A stretch of 64,000 bases of DNA from Ruminococcus sp. (GTDB lineage: Bacteria > Bacillota > Clostridia > Lachnospirales > Lachnospiraceae), in NCBI GenBank assembly GCA_029256845.1, contig JARIEI010000195.1:70-64069 (forward strand), given 5' to 3'. The translations under genes were made by a program, and so were the position numbers. Below are positions 37,755-46,492 of this stretch, piece after piece. Within the stretch, counting starts at the first letter, position 1. Each line of letters opens with the position of its first letter. The notes beneath the pieces were generated by a model. The model saw only the letters and a list, made by a program, of their open reading frames with translations, was not told where the DNA came from and did not search any database.

Positions 37755-39155
37755 ATGAAAATATTAAAGAAAATGACAATCGTATTCTTTTTAGCAATAA
37801 TATTATTGCCAATATTAAAATTTAATTTTGAGGAAAATTCTGTTTCAAAAATTGACAATCGCATGCTTACAAAAAATCCATTTTCAAAGGATAGTTTAAA
37901 GGGAGATATGACACAAAATATTGAAAATTATATCTCTGATAGAATCGGATATCGCGATCTTATGATTACAGAATATACGATTTTAAACGATAAAGTATTC
38001 AATAAAATGGTTCATCCGATTTACAGTAATGGAAAGAATGGATATGTATTTGGTGAAGGGGTCACAACAACTCAAGAGTTTGATGACTATCATATTGTAT
38101 TTGCGGGAATGATAAAAAAAATTCAAACATATTGTGCTGAAAGAAAAATTCCGTTCTTGTTTGTGTTTAACCCAGCAAAACCAGCTGTATACCCGGATTA
38201 TATTGCAGAAGGTATTAATTATAATCGAGATTGGGTTGATTTGTTTTTTCAGGAGTTAGATAATCTAGGTGTTTGTTATTTGGATAATACCATAACTCTA
38301 AAGAACCTTGCAAATGAGGGAGTACAAGTTTTTAACAAAAAGTATGACGCAAACCACTGGAATTCTCTAGGAGCATTTTATGGAACACAAAAGATGTTAG
38401 AAAGAATGCAAGAAGACAATCCATCGGTACATGTGAATAGCTTAAGTGAATTTCGAATTTCAGAAGAACATAAGGATACATTACTGGTTTCAAAGTATCC
38501 AATTGATGAGATGGTACCCGTTTTAAGTATGGATATGGAGTATGTGAATAAAAAAGATGTATATGACAGTATTAACATTGATTCAAATTATTCGAATTTT
38601 GCATATTTAGTAAATGATAAACGCGCAAATGATAATTCACCTAAAACACTTGTCTTTCAAGGTAGTTATATGAATGAATATGGATATCCTTATCTGGCAA
38701 ATGCATTGGAAGAATATATCTTTGTACATAATTACCAGAATGTGATAGACTTTCCATATTATTACAATTTGTTTCGCCCAGATTATGTTATTTTTGAGGT
38801 AACCGAATACACTTTATCTAATTCATTTTTTGATTATGGGAAAATGAAAGAGATTGATTTTAATCCTACAATTGAAAATGCAAAACAAGGTGCAAAGGAT
38901 TTTTTAGAAATTAATATACCCAAAGATCAATTGCAAATAGAGACCCAAAAGGAAATTACAACAATAAGATGGAATTGTGAACAAAAAGAGAATAAAAGAT
39001 ATGTTTGGCTTATCTTGGAAGATGAATATGATATGGTTGCAACTGAAGATGGGTTTCAGGTATCTATAGATACAAAAGAATATGAGAAGTATCAGGGGGA
39101 AATTATGTTTGTTACAAAAGAAAATAATGAGATATACCATTATAAATTAAAATAA
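37755..39155 (+). CDS. AlgX/AlgJ/DHHW-like extracytoplasmic partner of the MBOAT acyltransferase
   Basis: AGGAG RBS precedes the ATG at 37755. N-terminal anchor (MTIVFFLAIILLPIL). D-x-H-W motif in KKYDANHWNSLGAFYG. Located immediately downstream of the MBOAT gene. Confidence 0.6.
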   Translation: MKILKKMTIVFFLAIILLPILKFNFEENSVSKIDNRMLTKNPFSKDSLKGDMTQNIENYISDRIGYRDLMITEYTILNDKVFNKMVHPIYSNGKNGYVFGEGVTTTQEFDDYHIVFAGMIKKIQTYCAERKIPFLFVFNPAKPAVYPDYIAEGINYNRDWVDLFFQELDNLGVCYLDNTITLKNLANEGVQVFNKKYDANHWNSLGAFYGTQKMLERMQEDNPSVHVNSLSEFRISEEHKDTLLVSKYPIDEMVPVLSMDMEYVNKKDVYDSINIDSNYSNFAYLVNDKRANDNSPKTLVFQGSYMNEYGYPYLANALEEYIFVHNYQNVIDFPYYYNLFRPDYVIFEVTEYTLSNSFFDYGKMKEIDFNPTIENAKQGAKDFLEINIPKDQLQIETQKEITTIRWNCEQKENKRYVWLILEDEYDMVATEDGFQVSIDTKEYEKYQGEIMFVTKENNEIYHYKLK

Positions 39156-39165
39156 GATGTTTAGT

Positions 39166-39208
39166 GTAAGCGCTTAGCGTTTGGGGAGTCCAAGCACTAA
39201 GCGCTTAC
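39166..39208. repeat. Perfect 12-bp inverted repeat / hairpin at the end of module A
   Basis: gtaagcgcttag (39166-39177) and ctaagcgcttac (39197-39208), with partial extra pairing in the loop. There is no clear T-tract, so terminator function is uncertain. Confidence 0.5.
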
Positions 39209-39321
39209 TGCTTAATCTTAAAAATAATTAATGAAGGATAGATTGAAAGTTTTTGCTTAGAGCAAAATAATTTACGAATTACATTACATTTAACGTTTAA
39301 GGATGAGTTAGAGGAAAATAG

Positions 39322-39537
39322 TTATTTTGTATATTATACCCGGAACTGTCGCTGCGTAAGACAGAAGATAATTTAAGGATTAGCGAATCCACACTGAAAA
39401 ATTGGATGAAAGCAGCAAAAGATCACGAAGGATCAGTTCCTACGCGTGCTTCGGGTAATTATGCCAGCGATGAAGCTAAAGAGATTGAGCGTAGAAAATC
39501 TTTTGGAATACTTGAGAAAGACGTTATCGAATGCTGA
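39322..39537 (+). pseudogene. Remnant of an IS3-family transposase OrfA (HTH and leucine-zipper region), truncated and degenerate
   Basis: My translation of this frame reads ...RISESTLKNWMKAAKDHEGSVPTRASGNYASDEAKEIERRKSFGILEKDVIEC*. This resembles IS3/IS150-group OrfA proteins (xSxSTLxxWxK ... GNYASDEAKEIxRLxxE...ILKKA). There is no start codon, no OrfB and no terminal inverted repeats. Confidence 0.5.
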
Positions 39538-39587
39538 CAGTACAGATGGTATCATGGAGTTGCAGGAGAAAATGTTAACAATGCTTA

Positions 39588-39615
39588 TTGAATATTTTGT
39601 CGAATGTGTTATAAT
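39588..39615 (+). promoter_or_regulatory. Candidate strong sigma-A promoter with extended -10, driving glycan module B
   Basis: TTGAAT (39588-39593), 16-nt spacer, TGtTATAAT (39607-39615). The spacer contains TGTCGAA (39598-39604). Confidence 0.5.
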
Positions 39616-39680
39616 GATTTTTAACTATGTAGATATTTTAAATTGGTGATTTCTGTCAACTTGTGTGGAAAGGGGAATAT

Positions 39681-41132
39681 ATGAAGAAAAAGGTAAAGTC
39701 AACAAAAAAAATAGTACATAATAGAGTGGGAAAGCTAATTGCATTGATTCAGTTATTGCTTTCCTTTATTTGCGTGTTAATGATTGGTATCAGTGGCTTG
39801 CTACCGATGAAATATATGATTTTGATTATTCTTGCAGCAGTTCTATTGTTTGAGATTCCTTTTTGGCTTCAACACAGAAAAGGAAAGTTAAGTGCTGTAG
39901 GAATTATAATCAGTGTATTGATTTGTGCTGGATCAATAGCTGGAATATATGCAATATCAAAAGTTACAGGACTTATGAGCACTGTTGGTGGAGCGGAATA
40001 TAAAACAGATAATATGGTAGTGGTTGTAAGAAAAGATGATCCTGCGAAGAATATACAGGATGCATCAGAGTATAGATTTGGTGTTCAGAACGCAGTGGAT
40101 AAAGAAAACACATTGAAAATGTGCAAAGAAATAGAAAAGCAGATTGATAAATCATTAAATACAAAAGAGTATCCAGGAGTTGTAGAAGAAGCAGAGGCGC
40201 TTTTGAGTGGAGAACTGGATGCGGTCATTTATAATAGTGCGTTTGTAAGTCTGATTGAAGGAAACATCGAGGGATATTCAGACCAAGTAAAAGTAATTTA
40301 CCAGTATGGAATTAAAACGAAGCTTGAACCTGTAGAAAACAAGTCTGTTGAAAAGGCATTTAATATATATATTAGTGGTATTGATGTGGAAGGGGCTGTA
40401 TCTACAACAAGTCGTAGTGACGTGAATATTATTATGACAGTAAATCCAGATACACATAAAATTCTTCTCACAACCACTCCAAGAGATTATTATGTCCCAA
40501 TTCCTGATATATCAGGGGGTATGCCAGATAAGTTGACACATGCAGGACTATATGGGGTAGATGCTTCCATGCGTACATTAGAAGCAATATATGACATTGA
40601 TCTTTCTTATTATGCAAGAGTAAATTTCACCTCATTAATAAAGATTGTAGATGCGCTTGGTGGTGTTGACGTATATTCCGATTATGCATTCACCGCAGAT
40701 GCAGGTGGATATTCATTCCAAGAAGGAATGAACCATATGAATGGGGAACAGGCGCTGGCATTCTCAAGGGAGAGATATAGTTTTTCAGATGGTGATAATC
40801 AGCGAGGAAAAAATCAAGAGGCGGTTATTACCGCAATTTTAAATAAAGCAATGTCGCCCGCAATCCTAAAAAATGCTGGACAAATTATTTCAGACGTAGG
40901 TGATAGTGTAGAGACAAATATGACACAGAAAGAAATGTCTAAGTTCATCAGTATGCAATTATCAAGTGGTGCTTCATGGGATATTCAGTCTACATCAACA
41001 CAGGGAATTCTAGCAGGAGAATACCAGCCATGTTTCTCTAGTGGAAGTCAACCATTATCGGTAATGTATCCAGATGAAAATTCAATAGCTGAGAATTCTA
41101 ATTGGATGAAACAGATATTAGAAGGAAAATGA
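39681..41132 (+). CDS. LytR-CpsA-Psr (LCP) family glycopolymer-to-peptidoglycan ligase, copy 1
   Basis: Basic N-terminus, 3 TM helices and an accessory domain. LCP core motifs TTPRDYYV, DKLTHAGLYG, FSRERYSFSDGDNQRGKNQ. Confidence 0.9.
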   Translation: MKKKVKSTKKIVHNRVGKLIALIQLLLSFICVLMIGISGLLPMKYMILIILAAVLLFEIPFWLQHRKGKLSAVGIIISVLICAGSIAGIYAISKVTGLMSTVGGAEYKTDNMVVVVRKDDPAKNIQDASEYRFGVQNAVDKENTLKMCKEIEKQIDKSLNTKEYPGVVEEAEALLSGELDAVIYNSAFVSLIEGNIEGYSDQVKVIYQYGIKTKLEPVENKSVEKAFNIYISGIDVEGAVSTTSRSDVNIIMTVNPDTHKILLTTTPRDYYVPIPDISGGMPDKLTHAGLYGVDASMRTLEAIYDIDLSYYARVNFTSLIKIVDALGGVDVYSDYAFTADAGGYSFQEGMNHMNGEQALAFSRERYSFSDGDNQRGKNQEAVITAILNKAMSPAILKNAGQIISDVGDSVETNMTQKEMSKFISMQLSSGASWDIQSTSTQGILAGEYQPCFSSGSQPLSVMYPDENSIAENSNWMKQILEGK

Positions 41133-41159
41133 TACAAATAAGGAAGAGAGAACAAGGTT

Positions 41160-42401
41160 ATGAATGAAAAAACAAATAAAATTATTACTTTTAGTCCACC
41201 AGATATTACTGAGATCGAAATCAATGAAGTTATTGATACTTTGAAATCAGGATGGATTACAACAGGCCCTAAAACAAAAAAATTAGAAAATCTTCTTGCG
41301 GAATTTGTCGGTGCGAATAAATTAGCATGCCTAAATAGTCAGACAGCAGCAGGTGAAATGGCACTACGGCTTCTTGGGATTGGAGAAGGCGATGAAGTTA
41401 TAACATGTGCGTATACTTATACGGCTACTGCTTCGGTTATAGACCATGTAGGAGCTAAAATTATCATGGTGGATTGTCAAAAAGATTCTTTGGAGATGGA
41501 CTATGAAGCATTAGAAAGAGCAATTACTCCAAAAACAAAAGCGATTATTCCTATTGACATAGCAGGAATACCATGCAATTATGATCGTATTTTCGAGATT
41601 GTCGAGAAGAAAAGAAATTTGTTTACAGCAAAATCACATACCACATTAGGAAAGAAAATTCAGAGCACATTGGGGCGTGTATGCGTTATATGTGATGCTG
41701 CTCATGCTCTTGGAGCTTCGTATAAAGGAATTATGGTCGGAGCAGTGGCTGATTTTACCAATTATTCATTTCATGCTGTAAAGAACTTTACAACAGCAGA
41801 GGGTGGAGCAATTACATGGAAATCAATACCAGGAATTGATGACGAGGAAATTTATCATCAAATTCAATTATACTCTTTGCATGGACAAAGCAAAGATGCG
41901 CTTGCAAAAACACAGCTTGGTGCGTGGGAATATGACATAAAAGGACCATGGTATAAATGTAATATGACAGATATCATGGCTGCAATGGGACTTGGGCAAT
42001 TGTCTCGTTATAAAGGAATTCTTGCTAGAAGAAAAGAGATTATAGAAAAATATGATGCGGCTTTTAAACCATTAGGTATAGAAGTATTACCACATTATAC
42101 AAATGAGCATATTTCGTCAGGGCATCTTTATATTACACGTGTTCCACGAATAACACCAGAAGAACGTAATGATATTATTATTAAAATGGCTGAAAATGGT
42201 GTTGCAACAAATGTTCATTATAAGCCACTACCTATGCACACGGCTTATAAAAATTTGGGATTTGATATAAAAAATTATCCGAATGCTTATGAAAGATTTG
42301 CTAATGAGATTACACTTCCACTTCATACTTGTCTTAGCGATGAAGATGTGGAGTATGTAATACAAACATATAGTAAAATTGTTAAGGAGTATATGAAGTG
42401 A
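41160..42401 (+). CDS. DegT/DnrJ/EryC1/StrS-family PLP-dependent sugar aminotransferase (EpsN-like)
   Basis: ITFSPPDITEIEINEV...SGWITTGPK N-terminus. Catalytic-lysine context SFHAVKNFTTAEGG. Confidence 0.9.
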   Translation: MNEKTNKIITFSPPDITEIEINEVIDTLKSGWITTGPKTKKLENLLAEFVGANKLACLNSQTAAGEMALRLLGIGEGDEVITCAYTYTATASVIDHVGAKIIMVDCQKDSLEMDYEALERAITPKTKAIIPIDIAGIPCNYDRIFEIVEKKRNLFTAKSHTTLGKKIQSTLGRVCVICDAAHALGASYKGIMVGAVADFTNYSFHAVKNFTTAEGGAITWKSIPGIDDEEIYHQIQLYSLHGQSKDALAKTQLGAWEYDIKGPWYKCNMTDIMAAMGLGQLSRYKGILARRKEIIEKYDAAFKPLGIEVLPHYTNEHISSGHLYITRVPRITPEERNDIIIKMAENGVATNVHYKPLPMHTAYKNLGFDIKNYPNAYERFANEITLPLHTCLSDEDVEYVIQTYSKIVKEYMK

Positions 42402-43174
42402 ATAAAGAAATAGTGGATGGTTTAGTATCAATTATAATGCCGTCATGGAATACAGCACAGTTTATTAGTGAAAGCATTCAGTCTGTTTTAAATCAGACAT
42501 ATAAGCATTGGGAATTGATAATTGTTGATGATTGTTCTACAGATCATACAGATGACATTGTTAAACGATTTGATGATGATAGGATCAGATATTTAAAAAA
42601 TGAAAAAAATAGTGGAGCAGCTATAACAAGAAATAGAGCAATATATGAATCTAAAGGTGAATGGATTGCTTTCTTGGATTCTGATGATTTATGGCTGCCT
42701 GAAAAACTTGAAAAGCAGATTACTTTCATGAAAAAACATAATTATAAATTTTCTTATCACGAATATGTAAAGATTGATGAAGAATCTAAACCGTTAAATA
42801 TATATGTTTCAGGTCCCGAAGTAATAACGAAACATAAGATGTATAATTACGGATATCCAGGTTGTCTTACATTTATGTATAGTGCGAAAGAGTATGGTGT
42901 GATACAAATAAAGGATATAAAGAAAAATAATGATTATGCAATTCTATTGAAATTATGCAAAAAGCAAAATTGTTATTTATTAAAAGAAAATCTTGCTGAA
43001 TATAGAATTAGAAAAGTTTCTATTTCACATGATAAATTAAAGAAAAAATTAAAAAGTCATTATGATCTTTTTCATTATTGTGATGATAAATCTGCACTAG
43101 TTGCTTTGTGGTATGCTATATGGAATCTTTTTTACGGTGTGTTAAAGAAAATAAGATATGAAAAAAAAATATAG
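42398..43174 (+). CDS. Glycosyltransferase family 2
   Basis: VSIIMPSWNTAQFISESIQSVLNQTY, IVDDCSTD and FLDSDD (DxD) motifs. The start overlaps the upstream stop. Confidence 0.9.
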   Translation: MNKEIVDGLVSIIMPSWNTAQFISESIQSVLNQTYKHWELIIVDDCSTDHTDDIVKRFDDDRIRYLKNEKNSGAAITRNRAIYESKGEWIAFLDSDDLWLPEKLEKQITFMKKHNYKFSYHEYVKIDEESKPLNIYVSGPEVITKHKMYNYGYPGCLTFMYSAKEYGVIQIKDIKKNNDYAILLKLCKKQNCYLLKENLAEYRIRKVSISHDKLKKKLKSHYDLFHYCDDKSALVALWYAIWNLFYGVLKKIRYEKKI

Positions 43175-43230
43175 TATGAGCTATACTCATTTGGAAAGGA
43201 ATTACATGATTGTAGTTATGGTGGAACAAA

Positions 43231-44040
43231 ATGGGGAATATTGAAGTTTTGATTGTAACAATGAATAGAAAATCAACAGAATTTGTTGAGAAAATGAATA
43301 TACCTGAGAACATCGACATTATTGTTGCAAATCAAGCTGATGCATTCAATTATTCTGAACAATATATAAAGAGTAGTAGAATACGTTTCATAACACATAA
43401 TACGAAGGGAGTAGGGATTAATCGAAATATAGCGTTATTAAATTCGGTTGATGACATTTTAGTTTTTGCTGATGATGATATAAAATATTGCGAGGGGGCT
43501 TTTGAAGAGATTCAAACGGCTTTTAAAAAATATCCTGATGCAGATGGATTCGTGTTCAACGTAAATACAATAGGTCAGGATATGGGGCGAAGAGAGAATA
43601 AAAAAATAAAACGTGTTCGTACGTTTAATTTTCTAAATTATGGAGCGGTACGTCTAGTGATAAAGAAAGAATCCTTAAAGAAAAATGCAATTTATTTTTC
43701 TGAAATGTTTGGCGGTGGCGCTAAATATGGTTCAGGTGAAGATACATTGTTTATTCGAGAGTGTTTGAAAAATAATCTAAAACTTTATACATATCCGTTT
43801 ATTTTAGCTGATGTGTATCAAGAGAAGTCTAGCTGGTTTGAAGGGTATAATGATAAATATTTTTATGATAAGGGAGCACTTATGAAAGCATGTTTTAGAA
43901 TGACATACCCTATGTTGATTGTTGTATACGCATTGAAGTCAGCAAAATGTACAGATAAAAATTTTTGGAATATATTGCAGGTAATGAACAATGGAGCAAG
44001 GGATTTTAAAATATGTAGACGAGGGGAGTTTCTTAAATGA
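43231..44040 (+). CDS. GT-A fold (family 2-like) glycosyltransferase
   Basis: IEVLIVTMNR N-terminus, FADDDI DxD motif and GSGEDTLF motif. Confidence 0.65.
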   Translation: MGNIEVLIVTMNRKSTEFVEKMNIPENIDIIVANQADAFNYSEQYIKSSRIRFITHNTKGVGINRNIALLNSVDDILVFADDDIKYCEGAFEEIQTAFKKYPDADGFVFNVNTIGQDMGRRENKKIKRVRTFNFLNYGAVRLVIKKESLKKNAIYFSEMFGGGAKYGSGEDTLFIRECLKNNLKLYTYPFILADVYQEKSSWFEGYNDKYFYDKGALMKACFRMTYPMLIVVYALKSAKCTDKNFWNILQVMNNGARDFKICRRGEFLK

Positions 44041-45482
44041 CTGATAATTTAAAAAAAGTATATGACAAAAGCCTAGAGTTTATAAAAAATGACTCTATTC
44101 TAATAGATGTGATTGTATTGTTTATTGTCAGGGTGCTTTATTCATTTGTTACATTCAAGTTATTAAATCACACATCATATTTTCCAAACGTTAGTTATGG
44201 TGTGAATTTGAAAAGCTACCTATCGCTTACTAGTAAAGATATAATTCCACTAATTATCTATACTGCAGTGATGTTTTTTATGCTTACAAGAAAATATAAA
44301 ATTTATTTTATCAAGATATTTGTGAGTATTATGTTTTGCTTGTATTATTTGCCTGTTAATGCATCATATTCACTTAATCAGGTCACGTATGGATACATGT
44401 TTCTTACAACAATATATGCAGTATTGATAATATATTTACTTTCTATTGAGTGGGAGAGTATAAGAGTATTTTCGTATCTGAAGAATAAATTTTCCGCTAA
44501 TAATGAAAAAAATATTTGCTGTGAGAACACAACTGTAAACACGAAGAAATACTTAAGTGTGTTCTTTGGTGTGTTATGCATTACATATATTGTATTTAAA
44601 ATATTTTATAACGGATTTACATTTAATATATCCATTTCACATGACGTAGTATATGCAATTAGAGCACAGTATGCCGCCTTTTTGGATAATATATCAGGTA
44701 CATGGTTTGCGTATGTTATTTCATTATTAACCAATTTAATAAGTTTTATTACTCCGATATATTTATTATATTCATTAGTTAACAATAGCGTTATAGGAGT
44801 TATTATTTCGATTGTAACTATTTTATCACAGTATTCCATTGAGGCTGGAAAAGGTTTATTATTTATGGTTCCAATCATAGTTTTTATTTTTATATTAAAT
44901 AAACTTCATTTGCTAGATTTTGGATCAAGATTGATATATTTAGGAATGTTAATTTTGATTGTTGTATCTTTTTGTGTTGTCTTAGTAAAAGATAGTAGCT
45001 TTATTTACACATATATTATAAGAAGAGAAATGTATTTGCCAGCAAGACTAAATGGACTATATTATGATTTTTTTTCCTCACATAGGAAAATCCATTGGAG
45101 TCAAAATACATTTATCTTGCAGAACATTTTAAATAACGTGTATGCTGAAGGACCGTTGGATATAATAAATAGAATTTATTTTAGGGGAAATGTTGTTTCA
45201 CCCAACACTGGTATGTTTGCAGAAGCATACATGCATTTCGGAATAATAGGTGTTTTGGTATACCCAATTTTATTAAATCTATTGGTTCGCGGATGTTCAT
45301 TAACTTATGCAAAAATAGGAAAAAGTATTTCAATGTTTGTTGCAGTGAAGTTGACAATTTCACTAACAAATGTGCCAATGGTGCGAACAGATTTTGTTTT
45401 GTCGGCTATTTTAGCAACGTTTTTAATATATTTAGTTTGTTATGTTTTGCAAAAAAAGAGAGGAAATTTTAATAAAAAATGA
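44037..45482 (+). CDS. Second Wzy-like polysaccharide polymerase / O-antigen-ligase-like polytopic membrane protein
   Basis: 481 aa with more than 10 TM helices, translationally coupled to GT genes on both sides (4-nt overlaps). The call rests on topology and context only. Confidence 0.5.
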   Translation: MTDNLKKVYDKSLEFIKNDSILIDVIVLFIVRVLYSFVTFKLLNHTSYFPNVSYGVNLKSYLSLTSKDIIPLIIYTAVMFFMLTRKYKIYFIKIFVSIMFCLYYLPVNASYSLNQVTYGYMFLTTIYAVLIIYLLSIEWESIRVFSYLKNKFSANNEKNICCENTTVNTKKYLSVFFGVLCITYIVFKIFYNGFTFNISISHDVVYAIRAQYAAFLDNISGTWFAYVISLLTNLISFITPIYLLYSLVNNSVIGVIISIVTILSQYSIEAGKGLLFMVPIIVFIFILNKLHLLDFGSRLIYLGMLILIVVSFCVVLVKDSSFIYTYIIRREMYLPARLNGLYYDFFSSHRKIHWSQNTFILQNILNNVYAEGPLDIINRIYFRGNVVSPNTGMFAEAYMHFGIIGVLVYPILLNLLVRGCSLTYAKIGKSISMFVAVKLTISLTNVPMVRTDFVLSAILATFLIYLVCYVLQKKRGNFNKK

Positions 45483-46480
45483 AAAAAAACAAGGTGACGA
45501 TTATATGTTTTGTGTATAATCATGAGAAATTTATAGCAGAGACTTTAAATGGCTTTTTGAGTCAAGAGACCAATTTTGAATTTAATGTTATAGTTCATGA
45601 TGATGCTTCTACAGATAAGAGTGCAGATATTATAAGGAAGTATGAGAAACTTTATCCAGATAAAATAGATGGAATATACCAAAAAGAAAATCAATATTCT
45701 AAAAATGTTGATATGGACGTGAAATATATTATACCTATGGTAAACTCAGAATATATCGCATATTGTGAAGGAGATGATTATTGGGAAGATACGTTAAAGC
45801 TCCAAAAACAAGTAAATGCTTTAGACAATAACTTGGATTGCGAGATGTGTGTTCATAAGGTTGCAGAAGTAGATATAAATGGGAATAAAAATGGACAGTA
45901 TTATCCAAATTATGAAATAAAAGAAGGAATAATTAAGACTGATCAGTTTTTAGAGATGTGTGAGTCGTATAGTTTTCACACAAGCAGCTACATGCTAAGG
46001 ACTAATAGTTGGGTGAAATTTAAAATAGAAGATATTTCGTTCAAAAATATTGCAAGTGTTGGTGATGAAATTATGCTTTTGTATTTTGGACACTTAGGTA
46101 ATGTGTATTACATAAATGAGTCTATGTCTTGCTATCGTAGAGGGGTTGAAGGAAGTTGGAGTAGTAGGATAGGTAATGCAAATAATGATGTGTATGTAAA
46201 TCACCTTGTTGACATGGAAAAGGTGATATCAGAATTTGATAAATATTCAAATTATAAATATCACAATATATGTTGTAAAAGAAATGGAATATATATGTTT
46301 AAGGAAGCTATTATTTCAAAAAAATACAATAAATTATTAAATAGTGAAAATAAAGAGATATTTGATACTCTATCAAAAAATAAAAGGCTGTTTATTAAGA
46401 TGGGGAGAATTTTTCCGGGATTAATTAAAAATATTTATAGATATCGAGTTGTACATTTGAATAAAAGACATTCTAGATAG
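45479..46480 (+). CDS. Glycosyltransferase family 2
   Basis: VTIICFVYNHEKFIAETLNGFLSQ, VHDDASTDKS and CEGDDYW (DxD) motifs. Confidence 0.88.
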   Translation: MKKNKVTIICFVYNHEKFIAETLNGFLSQETNFEFNVIVHDDASTDKSADIIRKYEKLYPDKIDGIYQKENQYSKNVDMDVKYIIPMVNSEYIAYCEGDDYWEDTLKLQKQVNALDNNLDCEMCVHKVAEVDINGNKNGQYYPNYEIKEGIIKTDQFLEMCESYSFHTSSYMLRTNSWVKFKIEDISFKNIASVGDEIMLLYFGHLGNVYYINESMSCYRRGVEGSWSSRIGNANNDVYVNHLVDMEKVISEFDKYSNYKYHNICCKRNGIYMFKEAIISKKYNKLLNSENKEIFDTLSKNKRLFIKMGRIFPGLIKNIYRYRVVHLNKRHSR

Positions 46481-46492
46481 AAGAGGAATATA

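Noticed and set aside
39446-39649. 67-aa ORF in the module A/B junction
   Set aside because: It lies in a different frame from the transposase-like remnant and runs across the predicted promoter. It has no RBS or family match and is most likely a chance ORF in decayed IS sequence.
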